Assembly: GCA_040289515.1 (NCBI GenBank)
Contig: PSLI01000051.1
Location: forward strand, 1 to 11,333
Length of the DNA: 11,333 nt
Direction: 5' to 3'
Source of the DNA: Candidatus Sysuimicrobiota bacterium
GTDB lineage: Bacteria; Sysuimicrobiota; Sysuimicrobiia; Sysuimicrobiales; Sysuimicrobiaceae
Below, in pieces: positions 1 to 6,803 of the stretch. Under the pieces are notes generated by a model. That model was not told the DNA's origin. It searched no databases and saw only the letters and a program-made list of their open reading frames with translations. How positions within the stretch are numbered: position 1 is the stretch's first letter; the number at the start of each line of letters is the position of its first letter. The position numbers and the translations under genes were made by a program.

Positions 1-1
1 C

Positions 2-406
2 CGCTACCTGGGCGCGCGAACCGATGTCCGCGACCTCATGGCCATCGCTGATATTGTCGTACTTCCCACCTACTACCGTGAGGGACTGCCGCGCGTGCTC
101 GTCGAGGCAGCCGCGATGGCCCGTCCGCTGGTGGCCACCGATGTGCCGGGCTGCCGGGAGGTGGTGCAGCCTGGGGTCAATGGGCTGCTGGTGCCGCCCC
201 GGGATGTCCCCGCGCTGGCCGAGGCCATCGAACAGCTGCTGGCGGATCCGGAACGGCGAGCGGGCTTCGGGGAGATGTCGCGGGCCATGGCGGAAGCGAA
301 GTTCTCGGATCGGCAGGTGGTAGGCCAGATCTTGGCGTTATATGCTGCGCTGTTGGAGGCCAGAGGCATCCCTACGCCCCCGGGGTTTCGGGAAGCCGCA
401 GCGTAA
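2..406 (+). CDS. Glycosyltransferase family 4 (GT-B fold), C-terminal part; runs off the 5' edge of the window
   Basis: Frame is open from position 2 (RYLGARTDVRDLMAIADIVVLPTYYREGLPRVLVEAAAMARPLVATDVPGCREVV...NGLLVPPRDVPALAEAI). It carries the GT4 E-x7-E motif (EGLPRVLVE) and the typical 'ATDVPGCRE' and 'GLLVPP.D..ALA' segments. Stop TAA at 404-406. Confidence 0.93.
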   Translation, partial: RYLGARTDVRDLMAIADIVVLPTYYREGLPRVLVEAAAMARPLVATDVPGCREVVQPGVNGLLVPPRDVPALAEAIEQLLADPERRAGFGEMSRAMAEAKFSDRQVVGQILALYAALLEARGIPTPPGFREAAA

Positions 407-572
407 CGGCTTCGGGAGGTTCGGCCCGCCCCGATTGGGGCAGCGGCGGCGATGGTTGCGCCGATGGGGAAACGGCCGGAGGGGCTTGGGTGCAACCCCC
501 TTCGAAGCGAAGGGATGTCATCGGAAGAACGGCCCGGCGGCGCCGATCGAAGGGCCGGAGATCGGGCTTCCT

Positions 573-578
573 TATACT
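573..578 (+). promoter_or_regulatory. Putative sigma70 -10 box (TATACT) upstream of the sugar transferase
   Basis: TATACT (5/6 consensus) lies in the only AT-rich patch of the intergenic region, about 55 nt upstream of the ATG at 634. No convincing -35 box. Confidence 0.4.
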
Positions 579-633
579 TGAAAACGTCTGAATCCAGGAG
601 CCGTCGGTGCATTGGCTGCCGCAAGGAGGACCG

Positions 634-2061
634 ATGCGCGTCGAGGCGCTGAGACGATGGGAGCGGCGGGTGGGACGCCCATGGGCGCTCTCGGTGGCGG
701 AGCACCGGGCTGTTTTGATCGCCCTGGATCTGCTGGCGGTCAACGCCGCCCTGCTGGGCGCCCTCGCCTGGCGGCCCGCCGGTCGCGCTGGGTTCGAGAC
801 GCTCCTGCAGCATCCCCATTGGTTCGGGTTGTGGAGCCTCCTTTATGAGCTGTGGGCCTGGGCGCTGGATGCCTATGCGCCCCGCGCCCTCCGCCGGTTC
901 GCCGACTCCGTCCGGACGGCGGTCCTTGCCGGCCTGGCAGCGGCCGGCTGCTATCTGCTCATCCCTTATCTCACGCCTCCCCTCCCGTCCTCCCGGTCCC
1001 CCCTCTTCGCTTTCCTGCTCCTCTCCGCCGCCTCCCTCCTGGCGGCCCGGGGCCTTTATACGCTTCTTCTCGCCCCGTCAGCCCCTCCGCGACGGGTCCT
1101 CATCGTCGGGGCCGGATGGGCCGGGCGCACCATCGCCGAGGCCCTGGCGCAGGAGGGCCGCTCGCTCTACACCGTCCTCGGCTTCTTAGACGACGATCCC
1201 ACCAAGCAAGGGACGACGGTGGGAGGCTGGAGCGTCTTGGGGGATCGCCACGCCCTACCGGACGTGATCCGCCGCCATCACGTGGACACGGTAGTTGCGG
1301 CGATCACGTGGAATCCGGACGCGGAGTGGGTCCGGATCTTGATGGACGCCCTGGAGCAGGGGGTGGAGGTGATCCCCATGTCCGTCCTGTACGAGCAACT
1401 GACGGGTCGGGTGCCGGTGGAGCATGTGGGCGACGACTGGCACGTGGCCCTGCCGATCCAGCATCCCCTCACGCGCCCGCTGAACCGCGCCCTCAAGCGG
1501 GCCTTCGACGTGGTGGCGGCCACCCTGGGCCTGCTGGTGCTGGCCCCCTTCGTCCCCCTCATCGCCCTGGCCATTTACCTCGACTCGCCGGGGCCGATCT
1601 TCTACACCCAGGAGCGGGTGGGCCGGGGCGGCCGCATCTTCAAGGTATACAAGTTTCGCACGATGATTCCCAACGCGGAGCAGGGACAGGCCGTTTGGGC
1701 CCAGGAGAATGACCCGCGGGTCACCCGAGTCGGTCGCCTCCTGCGCAAAACCCACATCGATGAGTTCCCCCAGTTCCTCAACATCCTCAAGGGGGAGATG
1801 AGCGCGGTGGGCCCACGGCCGGAGCGGCCGGAGTTCGTAGAGGAACTGGCGCGGGAGATCCCCTTCTACCGCGTGCGCCATGCGGTCAAGCCGGGGATGG
1901 CGGGATGGGCCCTGGTTCGCTACGGGTATGCCGCCTCTAAGGAGGATGCCCTCCTCCGGCTTCAGTATGATCTATACTATATTAAGCACTGGTCCCTGTG
2001 GCTGGATCTGGTGATCCTTCTGAAAACGGTTCTCGATGTCATCACGCTGCGCGGCCGGTGA
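634..2061 (+). CDS. Priming polyprenyl-phosphate glycosyl-1-phosphotransferase (WcaJ/WbaP-type bacterial sugar transferase)
   Basis: RBS AAGGAGG at 623-629 precedes ATG 634, which is preferred over the ORF-track start at 607. The protein has N-terminal TM helices and a Rossmann-like 'VLIVGAGWAG' domain. The C-terminal catalytic domain shows KRAFD, GPIFYTQERVG, FKVYKFRTM, DPRVTRVGRLLRKTHIDEFPQ, GEMSAVGPRPE, VKPGMAGWA and YDLYYIKHWSLWLD. Confidence 0.95.
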   Translation: MRVEALRRWERRVGRPWALSVAEHRAVLIALDLLAVNAALLGALAWRPAGRAGFETLLQHPHWFGLWSLLYELWAWALDAYAPRALRRFADSVRTAVLAGLAAAGCYLLIPYLTPPLPSSRSPLFAFLLLSAASLLAARGLYTLLLAPSAPPRRVLIVGAGWAGRTIAEALAQEGRSLYTVLGFLDDDPTKQGTTVGGWSVLGDRHALPDVIRRHHVDTVVAAITWNPDAEWVRILMDALEQGVEVIPMSVLYEQLTGRVPVEHVGDDWHVALPIQHPLTRPLNRALKRAFDVVAATLGLLVLAPFVPLIALAIYLDSPGPIFYTQERVGRGGRIFKVYKFRTMIPNAEQGQAVWAQENDPRVTRVGRLLRKTHIDEFPQFLNILKGEMSAVGPRPERPEFVEELAREIPFYRVRHAVKPGMAGWALVRYGYAASKEDALLRLQYDLYYIKHWSLWLDLVILLKTVLDVITLRGR

Positions 2062-2068
2062 GGGTGTG

Positions 2069-3190
2069 ATGGGAGGAGGGCGCGCCAGGGAGGAAACGGC
2101 GATCGCAATCATCGGCGCCTCCGGTGCCGGGCTGTTCGCCGCCTGGCGGCTGGCGGCGGCCGGGCGGCCGGTGGTGGTCTACGCGGGCCAGGGGGAACCC
2201 CGTTGGACGTCCCGCACGCTGATCGTCACCGACATGCTCCTACGCCATTGGCCAGGCTTCCCGGAGCCTCTGCTTCGGCATCCGATCACGGCCTTCGAGT
2301 TGTGGGCCGGGGGGACCTGCCTCCGGCTCCCGCTTCGGCGGCCCGACTGGGTCGTGGAGCGGGCGGAGATCCTGGCGGGGTTGGCCGCCCTCGCCCAGGG
2401 GGCGGGGGCGACGATCCGGTGGGGGTGGCGCTTCGTCGGCTGGGAGGACGGAGCGCTGTGGGTGCGAAGCCCCCGGGGGGATTCCGAGCGGATCCGCCCG
2501 GCCGCCCTCCTCGCTGCCGATGGGGTCCGCAGCCGGGTGGGTGCCGCCTGGGGCCTGCCCCCGCCCCCTCGGGTGCTTGTCCTCCAGGCCCGGGTGAGAC
2601 TGCCCCGCTGGGCCTCCCCGGAGCTGGCGGTGGTCTGGTTTGACCCGGAGGCGACCCCCTACTTTTACTGGCTGATCCCGGAGTCCCCCGGGGAGGGGGT
2701 GCTGGGGCTGGCTACTGAGCTGGGCCAGCCCATCCGGGTCCTGTTGGATGGCTTCTTGGCCCGCCTGGGCCTAGAGCCCTTGGCCTATCAAGGTGGGGTC
2801 GTGGCCGTCTACCGCCCCGGCTTGCCCTTCCGGGTCGAACGGGCGGGCCTCTCGTTGTTCCGGATCGGGGACGCGGGGGGACAGGTGAAGGGGACGACGG
2901 TGGGGGGGACCGTCACCGGGCTGTGGGGGGCGGCGGCGGCTGTGGCCGCCCTCCAAGGGGATGGGATGGGGTTGGCGCGGCGCCTGGAGGGGGAGCTGCT
3001 GGCCCACTGGGTGGTCCGCCGGCTCCTCCATCGGTTCGCTCTGGAGGACTATGAGCGTCTGCTGTGGGGGCTCAACAGGGGGGCCCGGGGGGTCCTCGGG
3101 TCGATCCCCCGCGACCGCTTCGCTGTCGGGGCGTGGCGGCTGCTGCTCGCCCAGCCAACTCTCTTGCTGAGCGCCCTGCGCGGCAGGTGA
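2069..3190 (+). CDS. FAD-dependent oxidoreductase, geranylgeranyl-reductase/FixC-like
   Basis: ATG 2069 is 7 nt after the upstream stop. Motifs: N-terminal dinucleotide-binding segment IAIIGASGAGLFAA, 'ERAE', 'AADGVRSRV', 'YFYWLIP' and 'IGDAGGQVKGTTVGG' (matching the GDAAG..P..GGG motif of the GGR family). Confidence 0.82.
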   Translation: MGGGRAREETAIAIIGASGAGLFAAWRLAAAGRPVVVYAGQGEPRWTSRTLIVTDMLLRHWPGFPEPLLRHPITAFELWAGGTCLRLPLRRPDWVVERAEILAGLAALAQGAGATIRWGWRFVGWEDGALWVRSPRGDSERIRPAALLAADGVRSRVGAAWGLPPPPRVLVLQARVRLPRWASPELAVVWFDPEATPYFYWLIPESPGEGVLGLATELGQPIRVLLDGFLARLGLEPLAYQGGVVAVYRPGLPFRVERAGLSLFRIGDAGGQVKGTTVGGTVTGLWGAAAAVAALQGDGMGLARRLEGELLAHWVVRRLLHRFALEDYERLLWGLNRGARGVLGSIPRDRFAVGAWRLLLAQPTLLLSALRGR

Positions 3191-3294
3191 GGGACTAGGC
3201 ACTGGGCGTGTCGGACACCGGGGGTGAGCGTCACAGGTTCCCGTCTTGTAGAGGCCTTGGTCTTTGGGGGGCCGTACGGTTTACGTCGGGCTCC

Positions 3295-3361
3295 AGGCTG
3301 GAAAGTCGGGTTCTGAAGGAGACGGGCAAGGCTGGAAAGTGGGGTGCTGAAGGAGACGGGC
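3295..3361. repeat. Two-copy tandem repeat: 33-bp units separated by 1 nt (period 34)
   Basis: AGGCTGGAAAGTCGGGTTCTGAAGGAGACGGGC (3295-3327) versus AGGCTGGAAAGTGGGGTGCTGAAGGAGACGGGC (3329-3361); 31/33 identical. Confidence 0.95.
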
Positions 3362-3554
3362 GGCGAACGAGCCAGGCTAGTAGACAACATCCCAGAAAGC
3401 AGGCTCGTTGCTACCCATGAACCACGGTCTCGCTGCAAGTACCTGGCACCCGTCCGGTACCCGCTCAGCGACCCGAGTCTGACCAGCAGACCGGGCGCGG
3501 CGGTGGCGGCTGCTACGGGCGTCGGAAACGCGTTGTGGCCACTGCCGAAACGAG

Positions 3555-3830
3555 CTACCGGCGGAACAGGGCCGCTCCGAGCAGGCTGAGTTGGGCCAAC
3601 AGGGCGGTGATCAGGATGCCAGCTAGCCAGGCGAACCAGCGGCTGAATTTCTGATCCAGGGCGTCGATGCGCCCGGAGAGCTCATCCCGGAATCGGTCGA
3701 TCTTCTGGTCGATGTGCAGGATGTGCTGGCGGATCTGGTGGATGTCCTCACGCAGCTGGGCATAGCCGCGGGAGTGTTCTTCGACCTTGCCCTCCAGGTA
3801 GGCGACGCGTTCTTCCAGGCTGGCTGCCAC
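3555..3830 (-). CDS. Small (91 aa) coiled-coil protein with a C-terminal transmembrane anchor (DUF1640/CCDC90-like architecture)
   Basis: GTG start with RBS AGGAGG (3837-3842, minus strand) and a plausible promoter. Heptad pattern (LEERVAYLEGKVEE...LREDIHQIRQHILHIDQKIDRFRDELSGRIDALDQKF) is followed by hydrophobic WFAWLAGILITALLAQLSLLGAALF-RR. The family label is inferred from architecture only. Confidence 0.85.
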   Translation of the reverse strand: MAASLEERVAYLEGKVEEHSRGYAQLREDIHQIRQHILHIDQKIDRFRDELSGRIDALDQKFSRWFAWLAGILITALLAQLSLLGAALFRR

Positions 3831-3848
3831 GGCTGGCCTCCTGGGCAG

Positions 3849-3878
3849 AGGCTACCATGTCCTGCGGCTGGTGGTCGA
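3849..3878 (-). promoter_or_regulatory. Putative sigma70 promoter for the small coiled-coil/TM gene
   Basis: Minus strand: -35 TCGACC (3873-3878), 18-bp spacer, extended -10 TGGTAGCCT (3849-3857), then RBS and GTG at 3830. Confidence 0.5.
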
Positions 3879-3887
3879 GTTGCCGTT

Positions 3888-4043
3888 GGTACCAGGTACC
3901 GGTTCCAGGAACCAGGGCTCTGTCCCCAGGGGACAGAGCCCTGGTCTGATCATCAGACCTCCGGCGAGCGGGGTGAGGCCCTGGCAAGCCCCGGGCGTGG
4001 TACCAGGGACCGGTGCCGACACCGGTAAGCGGTTCCACGTACC
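3888..4043. repeat. Cluster of abutting palindromes / REP-like 13-mers
   Basis: GGTACC-A-GGTACC (3888-3900); GGTTCC-A-GGAACC (3901-3913); perfect 17-bp arms ACCAGGGCTCTGTCCCC-A-GGGGACAGAGCCCTGGT (3911-3945); GGTCTGAT-C-ATCAGACC (3943-3959); GGTACCAGGGACC (3999-4011); ACCGGTG-ccga-CACCGGT (4009-4026); GGTTCCACGTACC (4031-4043). Confidence 0.9.
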
Positions 4044-4068
4044 GGCTTGGAGAGCTAAACGCGCCCGG

Positions 4069-5685
4069 TCAGGGTTCCACCGGTTCGATGTCCAGGATGC
4101 GGTCCACCCGGAAGGTCCGCTCCGCGTGGCGGTGGTCGCAGAAGGCCCGGAGGGCCAGGAACTGTCGGCCCTGGTACTCCACCTCCCCCAGCTCCAGGGG
4201 CCAGACGAGACGATGGCTCTTGATCCCGCTGGGCTTCAGGTAGACGATGCGCACGGGACGGCGGGCCTCGATGGCGCGCTGGATTAACTCCTTCCGCCGG
4301 TCCACGGGCAGCGCCCGGCCGGCCTTCTCGTACTGGAATCGGGTGAGAAACTTCACGATCCGGTAGTCCACCCACACGTGCTTGCGGTGGATGGGCCGCC
4401 GCAGCACGATCCCCTCCAGCGTGCGGCACCGGCTTAACGCCACGTACACCTGTCCAGGGGCAAAGGCGCCGCGCCCGACGTCGATCACCACCCGGTCGAA
4501 GGTTTTGCCCTGGCTCTTGTGGATGGTTACAGCCCAGGCCAGGGTCATGGGCAGCTGCGTGTACCGTCCCACTACGCGCGACCGCAGCTCGCCGCCCTCC
4601 ACGTAGAAGGAGAACAGCTCCCACGTGAAGGGGGCCACCTCCGCGTGGATCCCGCTCTCCAGTTCCACCACCACCAGGGGATCAAATTCGTCCACCACCT
4701 CCGCCACCCGCCCCATGGTGCCGTTGACCCAGCGGCCTTCGGCGTCGTTGTTGACCATCATCACCTGCGCTCCCACTTTTAGCTCCAGACGCAACGGGGC
4801 AGGTGCGTGGTCGTGGCCGAACTCCCCCTGCAGCAGCCCCTCGAACACGTACTGCCGGCCGGGTAGCCGGCCCAGCTGGGCCCGGTTGACCGCCTCGGCC
4901 ATCTGGTTCGTGGTGGTGAGCTGCACATACAGGTCGTCGGGCCCGGGCTCGAGGTCCGGCTGGCAGCGGCGGTTCAGCAGCTCCAGGTGCTCCTCGGTAA
5001 CTGCACCGTTCCGGATCGCCCCCAGTACCTCCAGGAAGACCGGATCGGTCTGACGGTACACCTTCTCCAGCTCCACCAGCTCCAGCTCCACGTCCTGCAG
5101 GGCTCGCGCGCTGTAAAAGTACGGGGTCTCGTACACCGTGCCCAGGGCCCGTCGCTCCGCTCCGGTGACCACCGGCGGCAGCTGGTACAGGTCGCCGAAG
5201 AAGGCCATCCGCACGCCCCCGAAGGGCCGGTTCCGGCGAGGCCCGTTCAGCCGGAGGAACCGGTCGACGCAGTCCAGCAGGTCCGCGCGCACCATGGAGA
5301 CCTCGTCGATCACGATGAGCTCTACGTGCTTGTACACGCTCTCCTGGTCTTGCGGCACCCACAGCCGGGACACCTGGTCCGGGGTGACGTCGGGCCGGAA
5401 GCCGAAGAAGGAGTGGATGGTCTGGCCTCCCACGTTCACCGCCGCCACGCCCGTAGGCGCCAGCACCACCGCGCGCTTACGGGTACGGCGGAGGAAGTAC
5501 CGGAGCAGGGTAGACTTACCCGTGCCCGCTCGGCCGGTGACCAGCACGTGCCGCCGGGTCCCCTCCAGCAGGTGCAGGGCCCGCCGGAACTCGGGGTTCA
5601 GATCGATGCGGTCGTCCTCCGGCGCTGCGCGGCCCCCCGCGGGCCGGCCGCGATGCCCGTCTGCATGCACCTGCCGCCGATCCAA
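4069..5685 (-). CDS. pif1: Pif1-family (SF1B, RecD-like) DNA helicase with a C-terminal WYL domain
   Basis: Helicase motifs: Walker A GRAGTGKS, Ia APTGVAA, GGQTIHSFF, Walker B DEVSMV, Pif1-signature-like DRFLRLNGPRRNRPFGG, III GDLYQLPPV, IV VYRQ, V AWAVTIHKSQG and VI YVALSR. The last ~75 aa (about 4069-4300; IQRAIEARRPVRIVYLKPSG...RLVWPLEL...LRAFCDHRHAERTFRVDRI) match the WYL pattern. Start is uncertain (TTG 5685 or GTG 5670). Confidence 0.93.
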   Translation of the reverse strand: MDRRQVHADGHRGRPAGGRAAPEDDRIDLNPEFRRALHLLEGTRRHVLVTGRAGTGKSTLLRYFLRRTRKRAVVLAPTGVAAVNVGGQTIHSFFGFRPDVTPDQVSRLWVPQDQESVYKHVELIVIDEVSMVRADLLDCVDRFLRLNGPRRNRPFGGVRMAFFGDLYQLPPVVTGAERRALGTVYETPYFYSARALQDVELELVELEKVYRQTDPVFLEVLGAIRNGAVTEEHLELLNRRCQPDLEPGPDDLYVQLTTTNQMAEAVNRAQLGRLPGRQYVFEGLLQGEFGHDHAPAPLRLELKVGAQVMMVNNDAEGRWVNGTMGRVAEVVDEFDPLVVVELESGIHAEVAPFTWELFSFYVEGGELRSRVVGRYTQLPMTLAWAVTIHKSQGKTFDRVVIDVGRGAFAPGQVYVALSRCRTLEGIVLRRPIHRKHVWVDYRIVKFLTRFQYEKAGRALPVDRRKELIQRAIEARRPVRIVYLKPSGIKSHRLVWPLELGEVEYQGRQFLALRAFCDHRHAERTFRVDRILDIEPVEP

Positions 5686-5706
5686 CCGCGTCCCCCCGCC
5701 AGCCCG

Positions 5707-5769
5707 TCCGCCGTGCTACCCAGTCCAGGCTAGCACGGCGGAGGGTTCGCAGCGCGCCTGTCGAACCCT
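5707..5769. promoter_or_regulatory. Two inverted repeats in the divergent promoter region; the first overlaps a putative extended -10 for pif1
   Basis: TCCGCCGTGCTA (5707-5718)-N12-TAGCACGGCGGA (5731-5742) is a perfect 12-bp IR. AGGGTTCG (5742-5749)/CGAACCCT (5762-5769) is an 8-bp IR. Minus-strand TGCTAGCCT at 5727-5735 fits an extended -10. Confidence 0.6.
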
Positions 5770-5818
5770 TGACCTACCGGAGCCGCGGTGCTCATGCGGC
5801 CGGAAGGAGGTGTGGTTG

Positions 5819-6802
5819 TTGCGCGCCATCGTGCCCGTGGCGGGATTCGGCACCCGGCTTCGCCCCCACACCTACACGCTGCCCAAAGCCCTCATGCCCG
5901 TGGCGGGCAAGCCGATCCTCGGCCACATTTTGGATGAGCTGTTGGAGGTGGGAGTGGACGAGGTGGTGCTGGTGGTGGGCCACCTGGGAGAGAAGGTGGA
6001 AGCCTTCGTGCGCGACAACTACCGCGTGCAGGCCTACTTCGTGCGCCAGGAACGGCCCCTGGGCAACGGCCACGCCATCTACGTGGCGCGGGAGTACCTG
6101 GACGAGGAGCCGGTGCTCATCTTGCTGGGCGACACCATCTTCCGGGGCGACTTCCGGCCCATGCTCCGCAGCCCCGTCTCCCTCATCGGGGTCCGGGAGG
6201 TTCCCGACCCCCGCCGCTTCGGCGTGGTGGAGCTCGACGAACACGGACGCGTGCACCGCATCGTGGAGAAACCCGAGCAGCCCCGCAGCAACCTGGCCAT
6301 CACGGGCGTGTACTGGGTGCACCACACGCCCCTGTTTCGCCGGTGCCTGGAGCGGCTCATAGAGGAGGACCGTCGGGCCCGCGGCGAGTACTGGTTGGCG
6401 GACGCCCTGCAGTTGTATGTGGAGGCAGGGGCGGAGGTTCGCCCGTATCCGGTGGAGGAATGGTACGACTGCGGGACGCCGGAGGCCCTGCTGGCAGCGA
6501 ACCGGGCCCTGCTGGACATCCTCAACCCTCCGGCGCCGCGCCTGGACGGCGCCTTGGTGCACCCGCCGGTGGCCATCGCACCCAGCGCGGTGATCGAGGA
6601 GTCCGTGGTGGGGCCGCACGTATCCGTGGCGGAAGGCGCGCGGGTGGTGCGGTCCGTGGTGCGGGACAGCATCGTGAACCGCAACGCCACGGTGCGCAAC
6701 GTGGTGCTCCAGGGATCCGTGATCGGGGAGGGCGCGTACCTGGAGGGACGCGCCACCCGCGTGAACCTGGGCGACGACTCGGAGATCGAACTGGGCGGCT
6801 GA
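5819..6802 (+). CDS. Sugar-phosphate nucleotidyltransferase (glucose-1-phosphate thymidylyltransferase long-form-like) with C-terminal hexapeptide (LbH) repeats
   Basis: RBS AAGGAGG at 5804-5810, then TTG 5819 giving (M)RAIVPVAGFGTRLRPHTYTLPK. Other motifs: Q.RPLGNGHA, LGDTIF, FGVVE, IVEKP, WYDCGTPE, and V/I-rich hexapeptide repeats at the C-terminus. TTG 5816 is an alternative start. Confidence 0.92.
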   Translation: MRAIVPVAGFGTRLRPHTYTLPKALMPVAGKPILGHILDELLEVGVDEVVLVVGHLGEKVEAFVRDNYRVQAYFVRQERPLGNGHAIYVAREYLDEEPVLILLGDTIFRGDFRPMLRSPVSLIGVREVPDPRRFGVVELDEHGRVHRIVEKPEQPRSNLAITGVYWVHHTPLFRRCLERLIEEDRRARGEYWLADALQLYVEAGAEVRPYPVEEWYDCGTPEALLAANRALLDILNPPAPRLDGALVHPPVAIAPSAVIEESVVGPHVSVAEGARVVRSVVRDSIVNRNATVRNVVLQGSVIGEGAYLEGRATRVNLGDDSEIELGG

Positions 6803-6803
6803 C

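Noticed and set aside
2865..2935. G-run cluster as a G-quadruplex substrate for Pif1
   Set aside because: The runs are explained by Gly codons in the conserved GDAGG...VGG motif. Nothing links them to the helicase.
3191..3300. Riboswitch (e.g. cobalamin) after the oxidoreductase
   Set aside because: Conserved core motifs are not recognisable, and the region lies between convergent genes rather than in a 5' leader.
3295..3361. CRISPR mini-array reading of the 33-bp repeat
   Set aside because: Only two copies, separated by 1 nt with no spacer, and no cas genes in the window.
3911..3945. Intrinsic terminator or integron attC reading of the 17-bp palindrome
   Set aside because: The loop is 1 nt and there is no U-tract on either strand. 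The RYYYAAC...GTTRRRY ends and extrahelical bases of attC are absent, and there is no integrase.
5138..5818. Long N-terminal extension of the nucleotidyltransferase (554-aa ORF)
   Set aside because: Most of it is the antisense shadow of pif1. A strong RBS at 5804-5810 and the family N-terminus place the start at about 5819.
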